The notes beneath the pieces were generated by a model. That model had not been told where the DNA came from, ran no database searches, and was given only the letters and a program-made list of their open reading frames with translations. A stretch of 63,692 nt of DNA, filler included, from Bigelowiella natans CCMP2755 (Eukaryota; Protista; Cercozoa): NCBI GenBank assembly GCA_000320545.1. It is 8 parts of 8 records of this genome, joined end to end, with 100 filler letters (N's around TTAATTAATTAA, not from the genome) between each part and the next. Parts side by side here need not be neighbours in the genome. Positions count along the whole stretch, not along the records: positions 12,287 to 33,349 come from ADNK01001140.1; 7 more parts are not named here. The stretch is one strand, 5' to 3'. Positions 12,287 through 25,015 of the stretch are shown here, one piece after another. Every line of letters starts with the position of its first letter. Position 1 is the first letter of the stretch. A program made the translations under genes and the position numbers.

Positions 12287-12825
12287 AGGGTGGGGGGGAA
12301 AAAAAGAGGTTTTTCTTTAAAATAAAATTTTGTTTCCCCCCTCTTATTGCCCCAATTAAATTTGTGTCCCCAATGTAGGGGGGGGTGTGGGCGTGGGAAT
12401 CTTTTTGTTTGTGTGTGTGTGTGTGGGCCCCTCCCGTCCTTTTTTCCCCGACCCACCCAAACCCCCCTTTTAAAACTCTCTCCAAAAAACCAAAGGGGGG
12501 TGGCATAGGGCATTTTTTTTTTTTCCAAAAAAAAAAAAGTTCTTTCCCCTTAAATTTTCCCCCTTTTTTGCCCGGCCCCCCCCCCCCCCCCCGGAAAGGG
12601 GGGGGGGGGGGGAAATTTTTTTTTTTTTTTTTTTTAAAAAAAATTTTTTTTTTTTTTTTTTCTAAAAATTTATTTCCCCCCCCCCCCCCCCTCCCTCCCT
12701 CCTTCCCCTCCTCTCTCATCGGACTCGTAGAAGAGGCAAGTTTCTCATCGACACTGCGGCCTCGTGCTCGCTGCTCTCCAAGGTGCAAGATGCTTGAGTA
12801 GAGCTTGGATGAATGTCACATCGTC

Positions 12826-12865
<40 letters not shown>

Positions 12866-12902
12866 TTATACTCGCGCGCGCATTGTGTGTTTGTGTGTGT
12901 AG

Positions 12903-12994
12903 GAGGCCATGAGGTCATTAGGGAGCTGTGTTAAGACGCTTGATGGTGCGTATTCGCTAACGTGTGAGTCAATATGTGCGTGTATACGTGTGTA

Positions 12995-13033
<39 letters not shown>

Positions 13034-13364
13034 GTATATATTACTTTTTGTAGAAAGCGGCGAGGAGGTGCCCCTCCCGGATTCCTATAAAGATGAAGAT
13101 AAGGAAGGTTATCGGGTCATCATAAATCAGGTAGGTTTACCGATAACATCTGTATATTTTTACCTACGAGACACAGCGAAAAAGCCAAACGGTTTTCAGC
13201 AGATTCGGCCGGACGCCTGCCCGATTTTGGCAATAAATTAAGCCGAAAACTACTAATGCAATTCTTTCATTAGCTGAGCATGGATGGAACTCCGTTGGGA
13301 GGCTTGAGCCCATTCGTGATGTCGGAGAGAAGCTTATTGCCGTTTAAGGTGCGTGTGTGGCGGC

Positions 13365-13398
<34 letters not shown>

Positions 13399-13988
13399 CA
13401 CAACATGAAATGTCGCCTTCCCCCATCCCCTCCCTCATCATCACCTACTAATGGCGCTCGATACGACGGGCAGGTGGATGGGCTCGTAGGGATTCTGGGC
13501 CTGGATTTTCTCTCTCGATTCGACGTGGTGAGAGTCTAAAGAAAGTGTAGCTCTCTTCAGAACGCTAGCGAAAGAATTTCGGATGATGAAAGTTCCAAGA
13601 TAAAAACGCCACTGCGGGGTTTTTAATGGGATAGCGATGGCGACGTCTTCTTGCCTGATATCATCATCCCCCCCCCCTTTCGCATCTATCATCTCGCAGG
13701 ACTTGGATTTTAAATCGTCGAAGATCTCGCTGTTCCAGCCTGGTAAAAAGCACACACACAGCACACACAACACACACAACACACACATATATATGCATGC
13801 ATATATACATGTATATATGTATAAATTATATAGCATTTACGTGACTAAACGATTAATAGACATGCGATTTTGTTGCTAATGTGTGCGAACGCCTCAAACC
13901 TCTCGATCACGAGAGAAAGTACCGCCCCAACCCGTAATTGAAATATCTTCCAAGGCCAACGAATAGTGCTAATCCTCTGCACATATTA

Positions 13989-14021
<33 letters not shown>

Positions 14022-14422
14022 TTACTACCAACACAGGCATGTTATTGAGGCATAACCCCAGCATTAAAAACGGGAAACAGGTATACTCCCAAAGCTTTCA
14101 ATCAAGGGGTGGGGAGGGGTGGGGGGGGGGCAGAGAATGAGAGAGAGAGGGAGAGAGAGAGAAAGAGAATTGTTTATTTTTATTCGCGGAAATACCGAGG
14201 GAAGTTGTTGTGCGATGGCTGTGGTTGCGTTGTCGCAGGAGTGAATACCGCTGCGTCGTTCTGATTTTTCGTAGTTTTAGAGAGAACACATCGGTGAAAC
14301 GTCGCATGCATTCGCACTCGTTTTGCGCAACGACCGATGTGTCAGCTTATGCGTCTGTGCGTGCTGGCCGCCAGCATGCATGTACGATAATCTGTACACA
14401 CACAAATATAGACACACACACA

Positions 14423-14460
<38 letters not shown>

Positions 14461-14544
14461 CACACACACACACACTCGCACCCATTAACTGCATGGTGAA
14501 TGGCCTACAATCTATTCAGCTCCATGAGAGAGGGCAAATTGGGA

Positions 14545-14577
<33 letters not shown>

Positions 14578-15968
14578 TGATTAAAAATTAAGAGAACAAA
14601 TTGAATAACCAACCGCTCGCAGGTGGATCTTCCATTGAAAATCGGTCCTAATGGCGTCTTAATGACCGAAGTCTCCCTGTTCCAGAACCAAAAGGTAGAT
14701 CGCCCCACGCCGTCGCGCATAGTCAGTCCTTCTTGTCCACTTACCCGCACACGCTGACGATGCGTGGGTTGTACGATGGAGTTCTCTTTTGAGCGCGTGA
14801 TCGTGTTCTGATACTCCAATATTAGCATGCTTTACCTTCCATTTGCCCGCACGCTCACGTGATATCAAGAGTTTAGGGAGGATGAGGGAGGGGGGGGGGG
14901 GGGGGGGGGGGTTAAAAACCAAACAGCCGCAATACTACAACTCTCAAGAACCTTCATTTCGGATAGCAGGAATCCTTGCATTATTCTCGTCTAAATATGC
15001 GCTGACCGCGTTGTTTGCGTGTGATGATGACAACTACTACTACTCGAGCAGGAGGGCCCGATGATACCTGCCATCATTGACACTGGGATGTCCTACTCCA
15101 TCATGAATTGGCAGGCAGCAAATCTCCTCGGCGCGCGCAAAGGTCTTTTACAGCATAGATTATTTATAAAATGTATATTAATGTATGTGTACTAACATAT
15201 ATATATTTGTGGCGCGAGTGGGGTTGGTGGGGTTGCATTTGTTTGAATCTGTAAGTCTTTGCTTCGGAGTTCCATATCGTTTTCAAGCGACACAACAAAC
15301 GTCGCATTCTCCCTGAGAATATGCCGTTTTGCTCGTACGTTGCGGTTGAGCAAACTCACCGTGTGTTACTGAATTGGGGGGGGGGGGGGGGCTGTCCCAA
15401 ACTCTCCAAACCGCAGCGGGGAATCCAGCGAGCATTGATGATCGATTGCACACGTTTTGCATCCCATCAACAAGAGCGGCGCCCCCCCCCCCCCAAAAAT
15501 CCAATACCGGACTTTCTTACACAACGTTCCCCCCGGCCATCGTCGGAGCCATCCATAAGTGATTCAATGATGCTGCTCAGATGGCTCTGGGGGGGTGAGG
15601 CCCACCGGGGCGATGGTTACTGGAGTTGATGGGTGAGAGGCTGACTTCGCTTTTATTTTATTTCATTTCTCCTTTTTTCCCTTTGAAACTGCGCATGATC
15701 GGCCCACACCGGCGTCTGGGGAAGCCTCTCATTTGGAAGAGAACGCCTGGAATAGGGAGAGGGGCGGGGGGGGGGGGGGAGGGTGTTCTAGTAGCAAGTC
15801 ATTACTGTTAATGGTTGGCATTGTGTGCGGGCGCGAGAGCTCGAGGTGCTGCTAGGTGTGATATTGAGATGCAATCCCCCCCCCCCTTTCCTTATTCAAT
15901 AGACAACCCGAAACCGTCTCTGAGGCCCCCATTGGTAGGCCGAACTCCGATGAGATCGCATTGAATGA

Positions 15969-16009
<41 letters not shown>

Positions 16010-16237
16010 TGTGTGTGATTGTTTGTGTTTGTGTGCGGGTTTCAGTGAATCAACACTGTGATGATATATACGTTGTTACTTCGATTGATATCATCATCAT
16101 CATCATCATCCTCTTCTTAATTATCGTTATCACGCACTGCTGCTGCTGCTGCTACTGCTGGTGGTGATGTTCCAGGTGTAAGATTTAAATCATCGCAAGG
16201 ATCGCTAGCTCCACCTCTACAAGTAATACGCGCGCGT

Positions 16238-16315
<78 letters not shown>

Positions 16316-16708
16316 TGTTTACATTTACATATAAAGCCACAAACACAATCATCATGATCTCTGCTGTAAAATATATATATATAATCGTATGTACATATAT
16401 GATTCGATGATGAAAATCGTCCTAATATCGTATCATGCAACGATTCTCACCCACCCTCCCCACCCTGGTTTCTTGCTCTTTCAGGTGTCGCAAAGAGTGC
16501 TATGCGTTGGTGATATCGCCTTGTTTGATGATATGGGTCTCGGGACAAGGTACCTGCCCCCCCCCAACATTCGTGAATGCATATTGCATCGATAGTATTA
16601 TATCTCCATCGTGCGTCTGTCGTTCTGTGTTGATATTATTGTGTTTATAGCCCCGTCATTGCTCTAGGAATGGATGTTCTCTCAGGTCAGTAGTGTACCT
16701 CTTTTAAT

Positions 16709-16747
<39 letters not shown>

Positions 16748-16807
16748 CCTCCCGTTGCATCCACGTAGATATCCTGGTAGAATTTGATTTGGCATCTACA
16801 CAAACAC

Positions 16808-16853
<46 letters not shown>

Positions 16854-16945
16854 CATATGTATTTTAATTTACAGATTCCCCGTGGAGCAATCGACTCATC
16901 TTATCGCTCGCGCTCGAGCGCATTAGAATAGCAATGCCAGCATAA
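12903..16945 (+). CDS. Two-domain retropepsin-like (clan AA) aspartic protease, many short exons, 5' truncated
   Basis: Exons: VDGLVGILGLDFLSRFDV|DLDFKSSKISLF (end of lobe 1); EGPMIPAIIDTGMSYSIMNWQAANLLG (catalytic DTG, ~15052-15142); MVTGVDG; VGDIALFDDMGL; PVIALGMDVLS|DSPWSNRLILS..RIRIAMPA* (stop 16943-16945). Confidence 0.8.
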
Positions 16946-16999
16946 ATTTGATGTGAAATGAAGAAATAAATAAAAGGATGAGATCTCCGTCCAGCGCAT

Positions 17000-17700
17000 G
17001 CGTGCGCGATCTAGATGACGTTTTTAGCAAATAATGAGTGGAATAATAGACAATGTTATATTATATTACTTCGATTGTACGTCTATAATCATGATGGCGG
17101 TGCAAAATCGATACATGCTTTATTGATGACACTCGTGACGAAGCTTATACTACAGCCGCTAGATGCCTCTGCATCGTAAACTCCAAGCATGCTAGCATGC
17201 TAGCATGGCTACTAGTTGTACAGGCACCATTATCACCTGCATATGTGTGACACACATGCACACGCTGCTCAAATGCATTACAACATGCATGCATGCGAAG
17301 GTCATTTTGGTTTTTACAATCTAGCAATGTGTCAGTTTTGTCGTAGAGCGAGGTGTGAGATCTAGCAAGAGATGAGCGGCACATCTAGACATGTGCAGGC
17401 TAGCAGGGGTAACGCTGCATATCATCGCACCTTGTGTGCTAGTGTGCTGCATGTGGACCCATGCGTGACAGCATGGTGATAAACTTTAGAACTAGATCTA
17501 GTAGATGAATGTGTCGCGCGCGACATGCTAGCACACATTCAATTATCTAGATATATATGCTAGTATGATAACTCGAGATGAGAGTGATTAATTCTTTGTT
17601 CGTCGTTGCGCGAGCAATTCTGTTCAAATTTTGGCTGCATGCATGCTCGACCAAGCAAAGGAGGCAGACCTCACTGTGCACGACAAAGTCATCTCACCGC
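17000..17700. other. Palindrome-rich (CTAG/CATG/TGCA) block between convergent genes
   Basis: gcatgctagcatgctagcatg, tctaga, ctagatctag and similar words. Confidence 0.65.
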
Positions 17701-17802
17701 CGTTGCACTATTCCCGTGCAGCTCAACGTATTCATCATTCCGAACTGTCACCCCATTATTGGATGTGATGTAGAGCGACAATCAATCAAAGGCGAACAAG
17801 AA

Positions 17803-18903
17803 TCACTCCTTCGTGGCCGATGACAACCCCCTTATAAAGGACAATAGCTGCATGTCAAAGGGAACTACGATTGCACCACTGCTGTTCCCCATAGCTGCTA
17901 TTGCACTCTCGATCTCAGTCGCAGTGCGGCAACACACAGCAACCCGTGTATTACTCCCTGAAATACCTCGACAATGGTCCGCGAAATCATTCGTGATCCT
18001 ACAGCATCACACACGATCTCATCGAGGGCAAATTCCAGAAAGAAAAAAAATGGCGCATTGGGTTCATACTCGCAGCTCTTGCTGCCGACAGATACCTCGC
18101 GACATTTTCGGCTATAGCGCATTTTATCGTTTCTACGACGGCCACCGACCTGATGAGCGGAACGGCCTTGGCATCAAAGCTCCCGTCCTCAGGAGAAATC
18201 ATAACCCAGCTGTACCCATTGCGCACAAGGCCGTTTACCAACGAAACGCTGTCAGATACCGGCGTCACCTCGAAGCCAACTGGGATCCTAATGTTAGCGT
18301 AAACACAAGGTTGTTTGCATCATAGTCAAGATCGGAAAGGGGGTCAACTCACATCTTCTCGTTCAACAGGAACAGGTCCTTGTCCTGCTGCAGCAACTCT
18401 GTGTTTTGGTAGGCCTCGGCACCGCGGCTGCGAAGGTCCGTCGTAGTAGAGATAACGGCTTTGATGGGCGGTTTCTCGGGGTGATAGAACTCCTCGAGCT
18501 GGTTTAATATGGGAATTATTTCCTTTGGCAAAGAAAAGGCGGAGGAGGAGGAGGAGGAGGGGGGGGAGGAGGAAGATGAAGAAGAAGCGGTCAGAGCTTT
18601 CGATACCAAACGCGCTTTATCTGTTGTCACCTCAGGCTCCTTCCGTAGGTCAAGCCACAAGTCCAGAGTGTTCCCCTGCCCACCTAGAGAAGGAATTGCA
18701 AACCTTCTGCCCATCCTTCTGAGCGCGTTTATCCCCCCCCGAGAGCGTAAAGATGTGTTTATTTCTTGCATTTTCCTTGCAGCTAGTCTGCTGGCACGGC
18801 CATCAGCAGTCTCGAGGAGAAGAGCTAGGAGAAGAAGGAAGGAGAAGGTTCTATGCCTCTTCGAATAGTGCTCCGAAAAAAGACGACATCGAGCTGCGTG
18901 CAT
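17803..18903 (-). CDS. Signal/transit-peptide-bearing protein, possibly related to the N-terminal domain of 3-dehydroquinate synthase II
   Basis: Hydrophobic FSFLLLLALLLETADG, R/S-rich leader with LRSRGG, then LWLDLR..., VGFEVTP..GYSWVMI..AENVA..RVAVCCRTATEIESAIAAMGNSSGAIVVPFD..KE*. Gene structure is supported by splice sites; the family call is by-eye similarity only. Confidence 0.55.
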
Positions 18904-19126
18904 CTTCCTCCCCTCGTTCCCACGAGTCCCAGCGAGGGGGGAGGAACTATCCCGAAGGGAGAAAAAAAATCAGATGTTTTGAGGCAACGTCGATAGTGAG
19001 ACAAATGGAGTACTTTTTACATCTGCGACAATTAAAACATCGTAATTTCGCCTTCTTACAGGAAAAAAAAAAGTCGCCCGAAACCACTTCCCGCCTCCTC
19101 TGCCCCCACCTCGAACAGGCCGCAGG

Positions 19127-20036
19127 ATGCAAGTTTGCCAGCACGCGAAGGACCTCATCCTGGAAATCAAGCATGCCAAGAATATTCCCTCATACAACGT
19201 ACATGCTTAGCGATATTTGTCTGCGAAGACGAGGAAGGAAGAGAGAAGGAGGAAAACAATGGGAGTCTACATTGTCATACTGTTTCCCCTCTGATGTCCC
19301 AAATTCATAATACAGAACGATAAGATGACAAAAGTAAGCAACGAAACCCATCAAATCTACAGGGACCTAATGAAAAAGATAAGGTGAACCCGTGGCTTGG
19401 TGCGTGAGTTGACAGTGAATAATAATCCGTCCTCCTCCTCTCAGATCAGCGAACCAGGATGACCTCAAAGACCCATCTGTGACCGCATCAATAGCCGTTA
19501 GCAATGAAATTATCCAGCGGAATAAGAGGATGGCTTTAGCTTACTTGTAATGCAATTCTTAGGGGAGGGGGGGGGGGGTGTAGGGATAATTTAACTGAGT
19601 GCGATAGTATTTAACTGATATTTATATTCAGATATGAACGTGTAAAGCGCATAGAAGACGTATGGTGGACACGTAGCAGTGTTCTGCCTGAGGATGTTAG
19701 GCCAAATCTTAGTCGCTCAGAAAAGGAGTACTTTGAAGGATACGATGAGCTTATGGACAGCTATTCTCGGACAATGGATGTAGACATTGCATCGGTAACA
19801 AAAGCACCCCATCTCTCTCTACGCTTCGAGTGTGTCACCTCCTTTTCAACCGTGTTCTGCAGGATTTGCTCCCACCTGAGGATTTCATGGTAGAGGTTCG
19901 GATATTGAAAGACTGTGGCGAAATAGTGCTCAAAAGCGGTCAGTTTGTAAACTTGAAAAAAAGTACAATCTTCATGCGAAGGAGCGACGCAGAAGGGATC
20001 ATCCAGCAAGGGCTAGCCGTAATATTAGATAAATAA
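19127..20036 (+). CDS. PSF1: DNA replication GINS complex subunit Psf1, 5 exons
   Basis: MQVCQHAKDLILEIKH..IPSYN|NDKM..|..IQRNKRMALAYL|YERVKRIEDVWW..LPEDVRPNLSRSEKEYFEGYDELMDSY..|DLLPPEDFMVEVRILKDCGEI..FMRRSDAEGIIQQG. The RNKR-L-AY-Y-R and PP-EVR-L-D-G motifs are diagnostic. Confidence 0.93.
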
Positions 20037-20099
20037 TCACCCTTTGGATCTGCTGGGAATAGAATCTGCATGTTGGCCAAATGATTTCCTAACAGTAGC

Positions 20100-20650
20100 T
20101 CGACACTGCATGCATCGCAGCGTGGTGGGATGATAAAACATTTTGCGATGTGATCTGGCATTGTTGTACGTCGAATGCAGAGATGCGGTGCGGTGCGGTG
20201 CGGTGCAACACAACAACGTGTCATCGAAGAACAGGTGGCGATTTTGTTGGCATGTGGATCGAGCAGACACAGATATAGCGCAGCATGCGCCCCTAGGCCC
20301 TTATATACCCTGCTAGCCTGCTAGCCTGACTTGCTAGTAATTTGTCCGCTAGCCTGTGGGCATCTCTGTATCTTGATCTAGCCAGCTAGCTAGATGCATC
20401 GTGTGCGCACGCACGACACGTCCGTGGATGTATAGCCATCCTGCACACGCATGTGATGATACATGCATGCTAGCTAGCAAGAATTATGCACATGTGCGTG
20501 TGCGCGTGCATGCTATGTGCGGCGTGTGTGTTCCTATATTAAACTTTTGCAATCGATCGATGCCAAAGGAATGTGGTGCACGCTGTGTAGCTACATGCAG
20601 GAACGATCTAGCGATGTGTGTGATGAATATGTCAGTCTCCACATGCTGTA

Positions 20651-20693
<43 letters not shown>

Positions 20694-20900
20694 TTACGTA
20701 CGTGGAGTCTATCACATAGTAGACGTGTTGTCTACCACACAACATCTCTGCCATGGCAAGATCGCAGGTCGATGGTGCATCAACACAATGACGGCATGCA
20801 ATGTTAGTGCGCTGCAACGCTGCAACTTGCAGCAGCCCCAGCTTCACATAGGTCAATACACAATCAAAGTGCGTGAAACGCAGCACATCACGAACCATAA
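20100..20900. other. Palindrome-rich (CTAG/CATG/TGCA) block between convergent genes
   Basis: gctagcctgctagcctg, ccagctagctagatgcatc, catgcatgctagctagc. Confidence 0.65.
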
Positions 20901-20932
20901 TCATCCACAACATCTTGCAACACCGATCATTG

Positions 20933-21348
20933 CTATCTCTTCGATTTCGGCGGCAAAGGATTATCACTTGCGTCATTTTGCGGTTGGGAGGCATTCGTTC
21001 TTTGGAGCACAATGCCAGTGGAGGAGCCCCGATCAGTAGACGAATCACCAGTGCTAGAAATGCTTAACGTGCGGTATTGAGGAAAGGAATCGAAGGCTGC
21101 CTTCTCAGGAAGGGGCTGAATCCTACAGATACATCATGGTTAGAACCCCGCAGTTGCTTTTTCATCATTATTTCTAGCTAGCATACACCCTTCACGCCAT
21201 TGTTGACACTGAAGAATGTGCAAGTAGCATTATTACAAGCACACGTGTTTTGAAGGGAAGATGCGATGATCAACAGCCCTGTCGCAGAGTAGGATCATTG
21301 GCAACTAGGTACATCTTCTTCACCAATTTTGAGCGTGAAATATAAATA

Positions 21349-21399
<51 letters not shown>

Positions 21400-21675
21400 T
21401 ATATTTAAATATCGGTGCGTGCGTGTGTGCATACAAAACTACACTAAAGAAGCTGCATATCCCACCAATTCCCCGAACTCCAGGGCAGCTCTCCGTCGAT
21501 AAGATGAATCGTAAAGGCCCTGCGCGACTTGTCGGATCGGTTTGCGTTGCTGGCGTGTAGCAGGTACGGATGTAGTATGACCACGTCCCCAGGTTCCATT
21601 TCAAGCGTCTAAGCACGACAAAATGCTTCAGAAGCCAAAAGAATGACGAATCATTTATTACTTTTATTATTATTG

Positions 21676-21710
<35 letters not shown>

Positions 21711-21813
21711 TTCTTTTTTTAGGGCAATGGATCGACATCTTGTTGGCCTTCCGGCAGCACAGCCAGAATATCGTCCGAGGAAGCACGTATACGTGCACGT
21801 ATGTGTATATGAT

Positions 21814-21870
<57 letters not shown>

Positions 21871-22357
21871 ACATGATGCTACTGAAGAGCAGAGACTCGT
21901 TACCTCCCATCGACTCTTATGCAGCTTTGCGACTTTCTTCGTCCAAGCAATTCGCTTTGCAGCACCAGCCGCACTGGTGCTTCTGCTTGTACTATTCTCC
22001 TTTTCGACACCTTTCGAATCTATCCCCCCTCCCCCCTCCTCCCTCAAAGTGCTGTTGCTGCAAGCTCTTGGTTTCTTCTTCTCATGATCAGCCTGGTTCA
22101 CGGCTTCGAGGGACTCGCTCTTAGGTTTCGCCTCTCCTTCTTTTCTTGCTATTTGTGGCACCCGATCCCCCTCTCGGTTCCTGCTCGCATCGCGTTTCTC
22201 CAACGACTTGGAGGCGGGGGCGGCGATGTAGTTGAATCCCGTCTTCAGTTCTTTGTGGTCACACTCAAACCTGTCGCATGCAGCATACAAGCAGCCGTGG
22301 GAAGTGCGTGAAAGAACTGAACAAACTAACGGCGTAGTACATTATACAAATTGTATT

Positions 22358-22394
<37 letters not shown>

Positions 22395-22581
22395 TTTTTT
22401 ACCGTTGAGGCATATAAAACTCTTTGTGCGAACCAGCTATGACCTCAAGGCAGCCATTATCTTTCGTACAGCTGTTTCACCGTGGAAGACAACGTACACA
22501 TAAACACACACACACGCACACACAACGCATGTACACAACGCATGCACACCAAATAAGTATGCGATGATGGAGCAGTAGTGT

Positions 22582-22617
<36 letters not shown>

Positions 22618-23746
22618 ACGCGCAAATAGTACCGATCGAGGGCCCACCACAATCCAAACCCCGACAGCGGACTCGTATAGATGAATTGCTCGTCGGAATG
22701 CACGGGAACACGCTGTTCGTATGATGGCCATCAATGATGATGATGATGATGATGATGATGCTGATGATGAAGAGGAAGAGGAAGTAGAAGACCAGAAAAT
22801 AAAAAAGAAGAAGAAGAGTTAAAAACGCACCCATCCGTGAGCTTTTGGCTTCAGAACAACCTTCGATTGTACTATCTGTGGATTCGAAACGTCGAGAGCC
22901 TGGACGCACACCCGATAACCAAATACCCCTGCTCAGTTCCCATCGCGCATGTTTCCATATAAGTTGCATAGATTGTGTGTGTGTTGGCTATCACCCGGCA
23001 AAGCTTCCAAATTTCATCGCAGTAGCTGTGCTTTCGGAAAGACGGGACCATCCTAGTTGTCACACCCAAAAAGCGCCAGGAACGTCGTAGTGAGCGAAGC
23101 GCTGCATTTTTCTTATAAAAACCAAAGGATGGGAGAAACTGAGGTTGGTAAACTACCTGTGAAGACAATGACCGATCTGTTGAATCGGTGCCTTACCACC
23201 TGCTCCAAAGCCAACCACCTGAAACCAGAAAGAACAGTGCCGCCGACGCCATTGGGAAACCGGATAGAAGAAATTGTTGCTTTGCTGTGGGCAAGGGGCA
23301 TGAACATCCGCAGCCTGACCTGATGAGCGCTGTCGATGAGGTCTCTGGCCGAGTTCTTTTGCTGGCTTTTGAATGGCGACTTGACTCGCTTCACCTGTGG
23401 AAAGAAGAGGAGTCGAGGGGGAGGCCTCGCTGAGCACACATCATATGCGCTTTCGATGTCGTTAGCGTCCCGTCTTTCACTCTCTTTCCAACCAGAGACC
23501 TACATTCTTCTCTAGCTCTTCAATGCACTGGATCAGCTCTTGGATGATTGCCTCCCCCCAAAACGCCTTGAGGACCAGGAACCCATCCCTCTGGTACGCT
23601 CGTATCTGTTCGACGATGTGGGGCAAAGGGGGAGGGGGGGGTTGATCTTTACGCACGCGCCATTCGAAAGCAAGCCTCAAGAGCACCTGTTCTTCCGAAA
23701 GCGACGTGGGAGGCGTTGGGGAGGGTTGTTCCTCAGCTGAGGACAT
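20933..23746 (-). CDS. PHYHD1-like Fe(II)/2OG dioxygenase, multi-exon
   Basis: YQRDGFLVLKAF, IQQIGHCLH, PQIVQSKVVLKP, HSDEQFIYTSPLSGFGLWWALD (HxD), GSH, MEPGDVVILHPYLLHASNANRSDKSRRAFTIHLIDG..WSSGNWIQ. Motif order follows PHYHD1. Confidence 0.88.
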
Positions 23747-24500
23747 CGTGAGCGCTCCTACCTTATGGCCCCTCCTCTACGTGCGGCTGCACGACGATGC
23801 AGCTTTCAGAACTGCAGTTCATCTGATTTTATCTCAAATTTCACAATTTGAACTTCATTTCATAGCTGCGACATGCACAATTTCGAGCTCCCGGTTAGCG
23901 TCTAGAGCTCCCTCCATCTCACTCTCATGACAAGTCGGCTAGAGGGCTTTTCAATGGTCTGCGACAAGGCAATTTGATTGGAAAACTCCATTGTTACAGG
24001 ACAAAATCCTAGATACGCACAGAATGTTGGGAAATTTCAGATCCCGTCAGGGATTTTTTCGCACATTTTCTACGGAAATCCTGAAATAGTTCTTGTCGCA
24101 TTACCAAAATTACCTACATTTGAATATAAGAGTTCCTTCCTGCGAGCACCGGCCACTCTGTACTGTGAATTGAGTTGGTGCACCGACACTACGTGTGTGC
24201 TGCTCTTTCCTTTCCTGACTTTGGAGAAGAATCAAGCCGACGGGGGGGTAACAACTCGATCGAGGCAAGCGGGTGATTCTCTGCACAAGTAAGATCTAAC
24301 TTAACTACTCGCCCGGCGCTTAAGCCATGCAGAAACACTGTGTTTTTGTCGTTTGCGAGGCCCCAGAGCTCGATTTTGTTCTAATTTGTGCAGATCAGTT
24401 GATTGTGTATCCTGTTTTTGCCAGGGGAGATGGGCCTGATTGGACGGAAGCGAGATTCTGTTTGACTATTTCTCGAAATCCATTCTCTCATCACAGCACC

Positions 24501-24865
24501 ATGTTTAGTTGGTTCCAATCGAAGGAGAAGGTACAGGGGGGGGGGGGGAGGGAGGAAGAGAGAAAGGGAACAAAGAGCAAAACAGTTGATTGACAAAAAG
24601 ACGAAGAGTGTGAATTGGAGGATGCATTTTTATCTACTATTCACTTGTTTCTTGATGGAATGAGTTAGAATGTCAATGAACAGTCATTTGTTTCTAGTTG
24701 TTGCATGTGAATAGCATAAATGGCATCAAACACATGTGCAGACACCAAACAGTGAGAGAGGGGAAGAAGAAGATAAAAGAAGACAAGAATCGTTAGAATG
24801 AGAATCAAGATGCCATTTGGAAAAACGATGTGTATATTGCATTTATGTATGTGTATATATGTATA

Positions 24866-24906
<41 letters not shown>

Positions 24907-24972
24907 TACATCATACACACGTACACACATACGAACATATATATGTGTATACACATATATGTATACATGTAC

Positions 24973-25015
<43 letters not shown>

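Noticed and set aside
12287-12700. Homopolymer-rich tract and ORFs 12231-12788 / 12385-12801
   Set aside because: Looks like low-quality read end next to a gap (runs of A/C/G/T); translations are poly-K/P/G/F noise.
15052-15142. DTG protease as evidence of an LTR retrotransposon
   Set aside because: The gene has many spliceosomal introns; no gag, RT, RNase H, integrase or LTRs seen.
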